A stretch of DNA of 63,891 nt, the filler included, from Nemertoderma westbladi (taxonomy: Eukaryota > Animalia > Xenacoelomorpha), in NCBI GenBank assembly GCA_032718475.1. It is 4 parts of 4 records of this genome, joined end to end, with 100 filler letters (N's around TTAATTAATTAA, not from the genome) between each part and the next. Parts side by side here need not be neighbours in the genome. Positions count along the whole stretch, not along the records: positions 26,897 to 54,476 come from JAUCBJ010003848.1; 3 more parts are not named here. One strand, given 5' to 3'. Both the position numbers and the translations under genes were made by a program. How positions within the stretch are numbered: position 1 is the first letter of the stretch; every line of letters starts with the position of its first letter. Positions 38,280 to 51,505 of the stretch are shown here, piece by piece. The notes beneath the pieces were generated by a model, which saw nothing but the letters and a program-made list of their open reading frames with translations, was not told the origin of the DNA and ran no database searches.

Positions 38280-38409
38280 CTTTGTCTTTGGTGGCTGGCA
38301 GCCACAGTCTGTCAGTTGGTTGGATCTAGTTCTATCACTGTCAGACTGTTAGGGCAGCTGCTAGGATTCTATCACTGTCAGGGGAGCTGGGTGGATCTAA
38401 TTCTATCAC

Positions 38410-38942
38410 TGTGACGGGATCTACGGATCCCGATTTATCCGTTTGGGTTTTCTATCTACGCGTCCCCGCCGTGTATATGAAAAGGTTCGTTAAGAGTTCT
38501 GATGTTCGGTAATATGTATAAAGGTATAATATAGTTGATATAGCACAGTTGAATGGATGACACGGTTACCGGTAGATAAGTATTACATGTGATGGCGGTA
38601 GCGGACGGTGATAGAAGTCACCATTCCACCCTACTGAGCTGACTAAGTAAACTGAATAACTGATTGCATCGACCGGTAATATTGCACGGTTTGGCCTTGT
38701 TACAGTACCTAGTCGATGCTGTCCCCCCATTGGCTAATATCCCTGTTGGCACCCTTTGGAGTGTTTCCCTTCACTCCTTGTGTTCTCTCTCGGTTAGCGG
38801 TTCGGCCCCTGACCCCTATTGTGTGTTTCTCCTTCCCAATTTATTGGGGTGACGCGAGATTGGGTAACCAACCTCGTGGCCCCCAATATTGCTTAATGGC
38901 TCACTCTATGGGTTTGTGTTAGCGGAATTGGATAAGCTAACA
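38410..38942 (-). repeat. 5' LTR of the BEL/Pao element
   Basis: TGTTAGC...GTCACA on the minus strand, upstream of the gag ATG at 38279. Confidence 0.92.
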
Positions 38943-40404
38943 GTATTGGTGGGTGGGAAGGGGGGGGGGGGGTTGCAGATAAAAAGGGCTGAACATGTAC
39001 TGTCCCTCTTTCTTTGATTGATTTGCGGTGTGGTTAAATTTCTAAATTTTACTAATTTATAAAGTTAAATACTGATTTTGTGATACAGTCGCTCGATTTT
39101 AATTTGTATCTCATAACTGGGCCTCGTGCTGCGCGAAGGCCCCACGAACGTGTTGATATGTCGATCTGTTGTTCTGTCGTTCTGTCGTGTCCAATTTTAA
39201 ACGTTAATAACTCAGCCAAATGTTAATTAAATTTAACCAAACTTGGTACACATATAGTCTGGCCAAAGTTTAGAAATTTTCTAAGTTGAATTTTCGCGCG
39301 GCCTTCGAGAAGCTAAGATAATAGCAGTTAATTAGTTAATTAAGTTGATTAGGGTAACAACATCAATTTCAACCTGCCTCCTTAAAGGATATTAATTATT
39401 TTCTAGTATAAGATTTAAATAATTATACTTAAAAGTTATACAGCTGTAATCCCCATACAACATTCCATTATAGTTTGTAATTAGTTCAAGTGATTTGCTT
39501 TAATAAATGTGTCTTTAATTGATCTAAACGTAATTAAAGCGGCACAATTATTTGAGTACAAATTTAATCCTAGTCTCTGTGGGGGTGTGTAGAGCTGCTT
39601 GATGGATGGGAGATGTTTGTGTAGCCTTACCAGGGCAGATGGGAATGTAATAGGCAGCCAGTAGTATTGCTATAGCAACACAGACATAACTCCAACCACA
39701 CTGCCTGTATTTCAATTCCTATTGACTCTATACTATAAATGTTGTATTACTTACTATCTCAGGTGACAGAAGATATAATGACATAAATACTCATGGCTGT
39801 TGTAGGCTTATATCTGAAATAGTTTATTCCGCAATATATTTGTCTGGTTATTTTTTAATTGAATTTTTGCAAAGTAGAAAATTAATTTTCTTAAAAATAA
39901 TATTATTATTTTATATGTAACCTAGGAAATTAACTACATACATGTGTACATTGATTTAATATTATTTCAATACCCATATTACTACATCGGCATACGATGC
40001 GTTGGCGTTGTATCACACATCTCAACATAGATGTATCAGCAGTTACTCGCACAGTTTCGAAACTTCGCATAGTTATAACTGTATAAAGATCGTCAGTCTT
40101 GGTTTACGAAAAATATTTTAATGCAAAACAGGACGAGCGACGAGCGCAACGAGGCATATAATGAAGACCAGTACTGTACTGCGTAGACTATATTCCTACT
40201 GTATAAACCGATTAAAAGGGGTGAACACGTACTGTCCCCCTTTCTTTGATTGATTGGTGGTGTGGGTAAATTTCTCAAAACCTGATTTTGTGATACAGTT
40301 GCTCAATTTTAATCTGTATCTGATAACTGAGCCTCGTCCTGCGCGATGGCCCCACGAACGTGTATACATTTGTCTACGTTAGGCTTATAAAGTTGGAGAG
40401 TAGA

Positions 40405-41092
40405 AGTGGTGCAGCCACAGTTGTGGAGTAGATGTGGTGCAGCACCGTTGGGGAGTAGATATGATTCAGCCACCGTTTGGGTGATGTGGTGCATCCACCA
40501 TTGGGGTGTAGACCTAGATGTGGTGTAGCCACCATAGGGGAGTCGATGTTGACCATTGGGGTGTAGATGTGGCGCAGCCATCATGGGGAATAGATGTTAA
40601 CCATTGGGTAGTAGAGGTGATGCAGCCACCATTGTGGATAGATGTGGTGCATTCACCATTGGAGAGTAGATGTGGAACAGCCTCCATTGAGGAGTAGATG
40701 TGGCATAGACACCATAGGGGAGTAGATGTTGACCATTGGGCCTTGGGAGTAGATGTGATGCAGCCACTATTGGGGAGTAGATATGGCGCAGTCACCATTG
40801 GGCCTTGGGAGTAGATGTGATGCAGCCACTAATGGGGAGTAGATGTGCCGCAGTCACCATTGGGGAGTAAATCTGGCGCACCCACCATTAGGCAGTAGAT
40901 GTGATGCAGCCACTAACTATTAGGGAGTAGATGTGGCGCAGTCACCATTGGGTCTTGGGAGTAGATGTGATACAGCCACTAATGGGGAGTAGATGTGGCG
41001 CAGTCATCATTGGGGAGTAAATCTGGCGCCCCCACCATTGATGAGTAGATGTGTTGCAGCCACCATTGGGGAGTAGATGTTGTACACCCATA
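40405..41092. repeat. Degenerate ~29-bp tandem repeat
   Basis: Consensus GGGAGTAGATGTGGCGCAGCCACCATTG, more than 20 copies. Confidence 0.85.
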
Positions 41093-41981
41093 GTATACAG
41101 GCAGGGCAGATACACATACAAACAATTGAAAAAAGTCAGTCGATACTGTTTTTTTCAAACTTGAACAAAACTGACAGAAAAAAACCTTCACTGTATAATT
41201 CTTCATTTTAAGCACTGTGTCGCTTTCACTTCATGTCGCACTGTGTTGCTTTTAAACAACGTGTGTTGTGAAAACACACAAAATTATAAAATTTTGGCAT
41301 TTTGGCAAATTTCACAGTATTGACAGCTTTTTATTACCAAAAAACATAATTACAATTTTTTAATTAAAATTGCCTGCTCGTTGCATGCTTTGTTTAGTCT
41401 ATATATATATATGACTCCGACATGGTGGCATAAGGCCACTACTTATTACGACATATCGTGGGTAATCTGGTAAAACCCCTTAAGTCGATTTTTGGCCATT
41501 TTCAGGTTTTTGGTGATTCTGGTACCTTAGATTGATATCCACCTTCTGACAAAACCCCAGAAGTTATAACAGCGTTAATAACGGAGAAAAACGCAAAATA
41601 AGATCCCGTCTAAATATCGCTTGATCTGTTAAAACCCCCTAAGTAGGAAAAAACTCTGTTTAAGCACCTTCAATATGGGATTTAATTTCTGATAAAACCC
41701 CTTAAATTAGATATTAGGGGGTTTCTTATTAGTTAAATGTCCGAGGGACTTTTAATTATTCGTTCTGATAAAACCCCCAAAATGCCCGTTTGCCACAATA
41801 TGATAGGATAATTGGCCTTGAATTAATTAATGGAGTGAGTTTTGAAGTAGGTCTACGGTATTAGTATTAAATTAATAGGTTGCCTACTCAACACCTAACA
41901 GTATTTTTAAATAGCTGAAAATTGGTAATGCTTATTTTAATCTTTGGCGAAAATCTGGGGAGGGGGGTCAATTTACACTAC

Positions 41982-42176
41982 TAGTATCGGCATGCTTCAT
42001 TGCAGGTGCATTTTAAGAATGCTGTGCCGGCATGTCCACAAAATTGCAACGCCACAAATCCCTATTACCCATGACATTTGCTAGATCATCCGCATCTTCA
42101 AGGCCAGTGTCCTTTGAGATGCGCCTCAAGAAAGTCATGGGCTGTCCACTATGCTTATTCACTCCATGAGACTGCG
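41982..42176 (-). mobile_element. RTE LINE 3' fragment
   Basis: Reverse complement of the 56840-57048 family 3' end. Confidence 0.8.
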
Positions 42177-42251
42177 TACTAGAGTACACGATTATTTACA
42201 AGTCTACTGGTCCATTTACAAGTTACTTTATAGAATTGTAGATATACTCTA

Positions 42252-42870
42252 GGTGAGTGTAGCTGAAGATGTTCAACCAGTAGTGAGTGTAGCTGAAGAT
42301 GTTCAACCACTAGTGAGTGCAGCTGAAGATGTTTAACCAGTACTGAGTGTAACTGGAGATTTTTAACTGGTAGTGAGTGTAACTGAAGATGTTCAACCGG
42401 TAGTGAGAGTAGCTGGAGATGTTCAACCGGTAGTGAGTGTAGCTGACGATGTTCAACCAGTACTGAGTGTAACTGAAGATGTTCAACTGGTAGTGAGAGG
42501 AACTGGAGATGTTCAACCGGTAGTGAGTGTAGCTGGAGATGTTCAACCGGTAGTGAGTGTAACTGAAGATGTTCAACCTGTACTGAGTGTAACTGAATAT
42601 GTTCAACTGGTAGTGCGTATAACTGGATATGTTCAACCGGTAGTGTCTGTAGCGGGAGATGTTCAACCGGTAGTGAGTGTAACTGAAGATGTTCAACCTG
42701 TACTGAGTGTAACTGAAGATGTTCAACTGGTAGTGCGCGTAACTGGATATGTTCAACCGGTAGTGTGTGTAGCGGGAGATGTTCAACCGGTAGTGAGTAT
42801 AGCTGGAGATGTTCAACCGGTAGTGAATGTAACTGACAATGTTCAATCAGTTGTGAGTGTAGCTGGAGAT
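42252..42870. repeat. 30-bp tandem repeat, about 20 copies
   Basis: GTTCAACCGGTAGTGAGTGTA(A/G)CTG(A/G)AGAT; about two more units at 45720-45772. Confidence 0.93.
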
Positions 42871-42889
42871 GATTTGGGTTCCGTATAAA

Positions 42890-45600
42890 TGTCGTGGGAC
42901 CATGTGAGCCCATATTTTCACTTAGAAGGATAATTGAAGAGTTGTCAAAAAAGAAAGACAGACATCTGGCTGTTAGCTTTGTTGACTTCGTCAAGCCCTT
43001 TGATTCAGACTCTCGCTCACGTATGTTCAGCATACTTTCATTATATTGGATTCCTGATGGAATTATTGCAGCAATCCGATTAGTAAGATGGTTCGAAGAC
43101 ATTTGTACTATTTTTGCCATTGCTGCTACTGTTGACGGTGACACAGAACCATTCGAAATGTTATGGGGAGTCCTCCAAGGAGACACACTTGCGCCATTCT
43201 TGTTCATAATTGTGGTTGACTATGTTCTACTAATGTCCTTAGATCATCATAATGGTGATGGGGTGATGGTAACTCCACCTACTGGCTCCAGAAGTCGAGG
43301 AAATCCTGCCAAGTACCTAACTGATCTAGACTTTGCTGATGACTTAGGAGTACTCTCATAATCACTAGACGGAGCCGAACAGCTCCTCAGCTCATTAGAA
43401 AATTTTGACAGTTAACCTTGAAAGTCCTCAGCAAGTCTCTGACCGGATGAGCATAAGCTCAAAGGATGGTATGCTTGAGCAAGTGGAAGACTTCTGTTAC
43501 CTGGGATCATGGATCCGGAAGTCAGGTGAGGCACCTTCGAATACGTAAGGGAAAGGCATGGGCAGCCTTGAATAGGCTTTCCAGGATTTGAAAGTCACAG
43601 AGAATTAATCAGAAACTTAAGGTCCGATTATTTAGAGCAGCAGTAGTTCCAGTACTCCTCTACGGGAGTCCATGCTGGGCTCTAACTCCTGAGGACACCA
43701 AATCTCTGGATGGCACATTCACAAGAATGCTACGCCGGGTTCATTGTGTCAAGTACAATGCACACATCTCCAACCAGACATTATATAACGTTGGAGGTGT
43801 CTCATTGGTTCCCCCAAGATTGACACTTGAACACTCCGCTTTGCAGGAGACTGTTTTCGCAGTGAGGACCAGCCTGTGCATAATCTTGTGCTTTGGATGC
43901 CCCATGGAGAAAATAAGCATGGTGGACAGCACATGACTTTTGTGAGACGCCTCTTAACCCTATTAAACCCGGGGGGAGGGGGTCTATATGACCCCCCCCC
44001 CCCCGTGGTTTTTTTATTATAATTCTGAAACAAACGCAGTAGGGAATCGGAAATTTTATGACTTTTCCTAAAAATCTATTGTCTTCCTAGTAGTGAAAAA
44101 AACCGTTTTCAACCTTTTTTTGAGAAGTTTTTTGAAAATTACATTTCATTAAATATCAATTGTAACATCTCTATTTTTGATTTACACTGGCTTTTTGGTG
44201 TTAGAAATTTGATGGAATTCATATAAATTGATTTAGAAATTTCAAACTTGTTTTTTTCGGTGGGTGCCAAATTTTGGTGCCAGCACCAAATTTTGAAATA
44301 AGTCAATTTTGTAAATTGATCGTTTGAAACTTGTTTTTTACGCAATTGGGGTTTTTGGGGTTTCTGTATTCGATGAAATATATACGAGTTGCACCAAGCG
44401 TATCAAACTTGTATTTTTCGGTGCTGTGTACAAATTTTGGTGCTAGCACGAAATTTTGAAAATCCATTCAATAGATAAAATTGCTTGTGACAATTTATTT
44501 CTTGCGTTTTAGAGGTTTATGGCTGTTCTGAATTCAATGGAAAATATAATTATCGAACTAGACATCTCAAACTTGTATTTTTCGGATGTGGGTGCAAAAT
44601 GTGGTGCTTAGCACCAAATTTTGAAAACCATCAAATATATCAATTGATTGTGTCACCTTGTTTCTTGCGTTATACGGGTTTGTGATGGTTCTGAATTCAA
44701 TGGAATCAGTAAAAATTTAATAAGAGTTCTCAAACTTGTATTTTTCGCCGGTGGGTGAAAATTGTTGTGCCAGCACCAAATTTTGGAAAATATGCAAATT
44801 GATAAGTAGATAGTATCACCATGTTTCTTGCGTTATACGGGTTTATGAGGGTCCTGAATCCGATGGAATCAATAAAAACAGCACTGGACATCGCAAACTT
44901 GTACTTTTTGGTGATGGGTACGAAATTTGGTGCTAGCACCAAAATTTGCCAAATTACGCCGAAAAATACAAGTAGCAATGATCTGGCATATTAGAAATAT
45001 ATTCCATTAGAATCAGCGCCCTCGAAAACCTGAAAATGTGAATTTATAGCATCGTATAAGTGAATTAAAAATTTTGTGTTCTAACTGAAAAGTGCTGGTT
45101 ACTTGTTTTTTTCATTTTTTTCCTACGCAGAGAGGACTAAACAGCCATTTATAGTAATCATATCATTTTTTAATATTTTCCAATGTATTTTGCACCCCAG
45201 AAAACCTGTATTGAAAAATAATTAACGGAAAATGTAACTTTCAAATTTGGTGAAAATTGTGCACTACTTGTAATTTTGGTGCTGCACTATAACCACCCCA
45301 GTACATTTTTTCGAAAATTTTTTTTTTCGGTCGGATCCAGACAAGTGATACCTACGTACAAACAAAAAATCAGACGTTTTCGTAAATATTAGTAGATTTT
45401 AGAGGGGGGGGGGGGGGGTCAATATGACCCCCCCCCCCCCCCCCGGTATTTGTACAACATTTTATAGCCCGGTACTAATAGGGTTAAAGGACACTGGTTT
45501 GGTAGATGCGAATAGTCTCGCGAAAGTCATGGGGGATAGGGAGTTGTGGCGGTGAATCTTCGTAGATAAGCCGGCATAGCATTCTTAATTCTCAAATTAA
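42890..45600 (+). pseudogene. Degenerate RTE LINE (RT to 3' end) interrupted by a piggyBac-type MITE
   Basis: FVDF.K.FDS, GVLQGDTLAPFLF, DLDFADD and YLGSW motifs with stops and frameshifts; sequence resumes at 45484. Confidence 0.85.
43958..45483. mobile_element. piggyBac-type non-autonomous element
   Basis: TTAA|CCCTATTA...TAATAGGG|TTAA; the uninterrupted target TCTTAAAGGACACTGG is visible in paralogous LINE copies at ~56896 and ~27640. Confidence 0.88.
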
Positions 45601-46129
45601 TTATGCTAAGGCTTAATCCCCTGCATTGGGCTTGTCAATTGTGGATTGCATGGTGGTAGCAAAATATTTTTCTTAGGCCAGCATCTCAATGACCAGTTTC
45701 AATGCAGCAGGTCAATTATGGAGTTTAGCTGGAGATGTTCAATCAGTTAGTGAGTGTAGCTGAAGATGTTCACGGTGAAGCAATGACGAATCTAGATTTA
45801 TCTGTTTTAGAAGCCTACAACAACAATATCAGATAATGATGATGGCACAGGACTTCAGCCGCTAATTGTAGAAAGTGTTGAGACAATAATAATTGAGAAT
45901 ACGGGATTGTTTTATCTCTTAGGCTTACGGATTCTCATAGCATCAATTTGAGTATGAACCTCTACCGGATTCTATGACAATCAATAGCGGGGTAAATGAC
46001 GAGCAATCTATGCTAACGGAAGATGGTGAACATGAATTAGATTCCAACAGCAGGTGTGGCAAGATGAACACAATCCAGACAGCGCAAACAGTTATAAAAA
46101 TAGGGAGTCTGGGCTGTCCCGTGGAATAA

Positions 46130-46565
46130 AACGGAATCTAAAGGTTCGATTCTCTTTAGAGCAGTAGTAGAACCAGTACTCGTATATGGGCGTCTGTGCT
46201 GGCTTCTAACTGCAGAGGATTCCAAATCTCTGGATGGCACTTTCACAAGAATGATGTGCCGGGTTCATTGTGTCAAGTATAATGAACACACACATCTCCA
46301 TTGCTTTCGCCGTGAGTACCAGCCAGTGCATAATATTGTGCTTTGGCGAATAAATAAACGTGGTGGACAGCCCATGCATTTCTTGGGATGCCTGTTAGAG
46401 GCGTATCTAAACACTGGCCTTGAAGATGCGGATGATCTAGCAAATGTCATGGGTGGTAGGGAGATGTGACAGCGCAATTTTGTTGACAAGCCGGCACAGC
46501 ATTATTAATATATATGTAATACATAATAATGCAGTTGCAATGCAGCATGCTGATAGTAGAAGTAG
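46130..46565 (+). mobile_element. RTE LINE 3' fragment
   Basis: Homologous to 43620-43950 and 56720-57048, with internal deletions. Confidence 0.8.
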
Positions 46566-49500
46566 TAATTATAAAAATAATTGTAATATTAGAGTGTTTC
46601 TAATATAAGAGCTTTGCTTTATTGGACCCTTAGACCCACTAATAAGTCATTTAATGGGCCAGACTGTATCTGATAAAACCCCACATGCTAAAGATAACCC
46701 CCCTTAATTGTATGTTCTAACCTAACTATTTTGTTTCACAATCTGGCAAAACAACAGATATCAAATTAAATGGTCTAAAATGCGATCTGCCTCTAAAAAT
46801 ATGTGCCCAAACATATTATACGCTATTTTAGATTATATTTAGTCAAAAATTAGATCGCATTACTAAAGATTTCTTACAATATTCAGTTTTTTTCGTTTTT
46901 CTCAAAACTACAAAAATCGACTTAGGGGTTTTTGTCGAATTACCGACGATATATCTCCATGATTTCTTCAATCCTGTTAGTTTGTTTGTTCTCTATGTGA
47001 TTAAACATTATGAGTTGAACAACTTCGGTAATTAAAATATGATATAAAATTTTTAATAAATTTTCTATCGTCAATTACACATAACATTTTTGATATTCTA
47101 AGATGTTTAGCCCCCACCTGTTTCAGTATGAAATGTGTATAACCACATCGAGCCATTATAGTCTACCTGCCAACTCCCGAAAATTAAGTTTAGATGGCAT
47201 TTTTTGTTAATGGTTGGCATCCACCTGATTTTTGTACTTCAAGACGCTGGCGAATCCAGCTAGGCCGGATGCCACCTCTGCATTTTTGATTTAATTCCTT
47301 TTTTTGTGCTACAAAGTTTTTTGCTCAAAAATGGGTTTTTTCGATTTTAGGATACAAGTTCATGGTGAATGTTAGTAAAAATCGTCTCTTAACCAGTGTG
47401 TTTATTGAAAGTTAATCAAAATGCATCAATGTTGTCCTGAAACAGTTATAAACACTTTGGTGAAGAAAAAAATTTCCGAAATTCCCTTCCATTCTTCCAA
47501 ACTGGCCCTAGTTACCGCCTTAGATGTATGATTTTACAGATTTATGAAATTTAATTTAATAATTGCTTTCTCTCACCTGTCCTTTTCCTGATAAAATCAA
47601 CAAACTGTTTTTAAAATTAAAAAAACCTATCACACAACTTAAATAACACCCTGGGAACACATCAAGGGTATTATAATATCAAATAGCATCCAATGTCGCA
47701 GACACGAGCCCATTATTTGGACCTGAGTAATTTTCAGAAGTATCAAAATATTAAGTTTAAGTAGAGAATTCGCGTACCTTTACTCAAATATTTGCTCCCA
47801 TATTTGTAATTATTTAAAAATATCTCTACAGCTAAGTATCATGCTGATACTTCCCGTCATATTGTACACATTCTGGTGACATTTACAGTCCAGGTTACCA
47901 TAGCAGGCTCATTCCATGCAAATGTCAACCGCAGTGCCAATTTTGAAATAAGTGAATAATTTCTTCTCATATCAATTTTCAGAACCAATATATGATGCGG
48001 TTTACGAATTTAATACAAAAAATCGCATCAAAATTGGGTAACTTTCTGAAATCTGGTGTTATTCGCCCTTACCTCTCAAACTGAAAAAATACAGTTAACT
48101 GAGTGCATAATATGAGAACCGCGTTTTATGAGTATTTTTAGGAAGAAGGCAACGTAATAGAGTACTTTTTGAAGCAAAACAATCATATTTTCTAATGAAA
48201 TCATTTGCTGTCAATTAAAACAACGTTGTGTCTAAAAATTCAGTGCTCATAATCTGCTTACATCATTATGTCCCGCACTTTACGCTGAACACCATATTTT
48301 GTTTGTACAAGATAGACATATTACAATAGAATGATGATATGTCGTTTGCAAAGCACAAATATATGCATCTTTAATCTGGAGTACTTAGTTTGTTTTTGGT
48401 GTTTCGTGTTATGTGGTAAACAGGTGTCCCGCACTTTACGTAAAGTGCGGGACAAAAAGTAGAAATATCAAAGGAAGTAAAGTAATGTGTACTTAGATGG
48501 GAGAACTTCAACTGGAATAATCATAACAGACATTTTAACTTCATAGAAATCTCTGATATTAAGACACTATGAAAAAATGCATGAAGATCACATATATTTC
48601 AGTAAATAAAATATTCTCAAAATTGTAATTCCTCTATTTGTATTTGTATTAGTATTTCCAAACTCTGAATAATATTTGTAGGCCTGCCATTAACCTCTTC
48701 CTGGGTGGAGCATACTGCAAAGCTCCCGATATGATACGACCTAGACCGTACATGGTACGCTACTACAGTATTTATTAACGGTTTTTGGGTGCACTACAGT
48801 TTCCTTGTCTAATCTGGCTATCTAATCTGTATTACATTAGGACTACAGCGCACTTAAATGGTAATTTTACATAAGCCTAAAATAATATTGAACTGGCTGG
48901 AGGTAATTATATAGGCAAGTAGGAGCCACGCTGTACTAGGGCATAGCTAAGGCTACAAATAAATGATACAAACAAATTTGTTATTGTCGTGCCTACTCTT
49001 TGTTTTACTTAGAGTAATATGCACTATATGTTGACCTCTATTTGTTTTTCCACTCCATTGGGGGGTATTCGTACATTGCCAGTGGTGGCAGAGCAATGAT
49101 TTTGCGCCACTCTTTTTCATGCTGGGGCCGATTTTGAGAAAGGACAAGGAAAAACTTTGTTTGAAACTTTGTTACGTTAGGTACATATCACAACATTGGA
49201 ATGCTAAAGCCCGTACAGCCATATGTTGGAGGCCTATTAATTATATCTATAATCCCCCCCCCCCCCCCCCCCCTTCTTCAATTGTTTCTAGCCGAACAAT
49301 TTTTTCGCGCACAAATCCTATTCCATCACCATCAATCATTAATTCCTGGTTGTATCATAATATTATATTTCAAAAAACCATTCCTCAATTGTAATTAACA
49401 CAGCTACTTCAACTAAAAGTTAAAAATTCCCAAAGACTCTGTTAATGGCAAGATAGATCTCTGAAATCATAAAATTAAAATGAAAATTAAAAAATTAAAA

Positions 49501-49615
49501 TGCACACTTAATGGCGTACACCTATAATATAATTGATACTATAAGATATTATACGCCGACTATTGTAGATAACAAGAGATTAATTGCAGTATATTAAGCA
49601 AAGCTCGCCCTCAAC

Positions 49616-49663
49616 CAAGGCGTCCTTTAATAATTTAATATAATTGTATTAAAGGACGCCTTG
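49616..49663. mobile_element. 48-bp micro-MITE, P-element-like
   Basis: 17-bp perfect TIR CAAGGCGTCCTTTAATA; 8-bp TSD CCCTCAAC/CCCACAAC with one mismatch. Confidence 0.65.
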
Positions 49664-50919
49664 CCCACAACCCATAGGTTTTAAAATTCTTTTAGGTTCT
49701 TAAAAGAACTTTAAATTTTTAAAGTTATTTTAATTTAAGGTTTTCAAATTAATGTATCTTTTGATTTACCTCTAAATTAAATTTATTTCTTTTGATAAAG
49801 AACACATAAAGTTTATATTTTATAATTTGTGCCGCCTGGGAGCGGTGATCCTATACAGCCGTGTTCTGTAGACGCAGCCAGCCGGCAGCAGCAAGCATCC
49901 GTGATGGCAATAGCTGATCCTTCAGTCAGGTTTCTGACAACACTAAAATCATCAGGAACATATATGCTATGCTTCAATCGAACACAGATTCCACTTGCCC
50001 TTAAATATCAGTACCCTCAGTAGCTACAAGCATTACCCCAAGTATGGCCACAAATAATATGCATACAGTTAGTTACATTCGCCATATTACTGGCTTTATT
50101 ATTAGGTGCCATACGTTAGACGAACTGTCCCCTTTTGTCTCCTAGTACAGTATTATGCTGGGATTTCCAAGCTTGTAGTGTCTAATTTAATTGAATTCAA
50201 TTTAAATTTAAATTATGATGTCTACTAATGTAGCCATGCTCCACAGAATGATTATATATCACTGTAGAGATATATAGTGATATCACTAGTGTGTCTGATA
50301 ACAATGTTGATGTATGAAACAGTATCACGCAAACAAACAAATATGGATTTCACCGCATGAGATATTTTACAAGCTCACAGCTCAGTAACTCATACCGTAA
50401 CAGTAACACAAGGGATTATATTCAATGGAATTTTAGTACAAGCGACTGTATTATCGATTAATATAGAGATATATGCAACATATTGCATAATTTAGTTACT
50501 GCTAATTTAGAATTCATTTGTTACGTCCAAAATATGATAATAATATTTAAGTTTAAGATAAGAAAGGTGTTCTGTTAGTATGGGCCATTTGGGGCCTACC
50601 AGATGAAAATAAGGGGGGTGGGGTGGTGGTAGATGGGGGCACTAAAGATGTTAGCGGGTAAAAATAAACTGTGAGACATCAATCGGTAAAAACGAATCAG
50701 AGACGAAAAAATAATACAAAATCTACGTATTTTCAGCCTCGGCAATGATCGAATCCCTATCGAATCCCTAAATCCCGATACCTCTAGACAGCTAGACTAC
50801 CAGACTACTCGACAGCCAGAAAAAGCTATTAAATGATATTGCTGCAAAGACTATCTGGGAAGATATTGGGTGGAATAGTGAAATAAGTGAATCTAATGAT
50901 CTTAAGCGTCCAGAAGACA

Positions 50920-51040
50920 ACGAGTTCCGTAGCTATGAAGAAGCTTTTCAATATATTAGTAGATTTTAGTAAAGCTTTTGACCGAATTTCATGTGTTAAA
51001 CTGTTAGCAAAACTACTTACACTGGGTTGCGGCAGCCATA
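50920..51040 (+). pseudogene. Short CR1/L2-type RT remnant
   Basis: Translates ILVDFSKAFDRISCVKLLAKL. Confidence 0.55.
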
Positions 51041-51069
51041 TGATAAATACGTATTATCTCTAACTACAA

Positions 51070-51505
51070 TCGGACTGCTGCATTGCAGCTGCACATGAGA
51101 AGCTATGCTGTCTTAAAAAAAAATATTTTGACACTACCATTCAATCGACAATTGGCAAACCCAATGCAGCATGCATTAAGAATGATATGCCAGCTTATCA
51201 ACAAATTTGCACCGCCACAACTACCTATCCACCATGGCTTTTGCGAGATTATCCGCCTCTTCAAGGCCAGTTGCCTTTAAGATGCATCTCAAGAAAGTCA
51301 TGGGCTGTCCACCATGCCTATTCACTCCATGGGGCCGCCAAAGCACAAGATTGTGCACAGGCTGGACCTCTCGGCAAAAGCAATGCCTTGCAAAGCGGAT
51401 GCGGCTTTGTTCAAGTATCAAGCTTGGGGGAACCAATGAGACACTTCCAATGTTATATAGTGTCTGGTTGGAGATGTGTGCATTGTACTTTGTACGAACC
51501 ATTGC
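51070..51505 (-). mobile_element. RTE LINE 3' fragment
   Basis: RIRFARHCFCREVQPVHNLVLW.PHG; same family as 56720-57048. Confidence 0.82.

Larger units (their letters stand above)
31185..38942 (-). mobile_element. Non-autonomous (gag-only) BEL/Pao LTR retrotransposon
   Basis: Two ~535-bp LTRs; 5-bp TSD GTATT at 31180-31184 and 38943-38947; polypurine tract at ~32995-33003 abutting a 20-bp LTR end; BEL-type gag; no RT, RNase H or integrase motifs seen. Confidence 0.85.
41457..46948. mobile_element. Sola1-like DNA transposon carrying nested insertions
   Basis: Imperfect TIRs CGT(G/C)GGTAAT..AAAACCCC(T)TAAGTCGATTTTT flanked by ATAT on both sides (AWWT-type 4-bp TSD); internal CTGATAAAACCCC repeats. 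Superfamily inferred from TSD only. Confidence 0.6.

Noticed and set aside
42179-43207. 342-aa 'LPVEHLQLHS' leucine-rich-repeat-like ORF
   Set aside because: Chimera of antisense RTE sequence and a stop-free 30-bp tandem repeat; several frames are open for the same reason.
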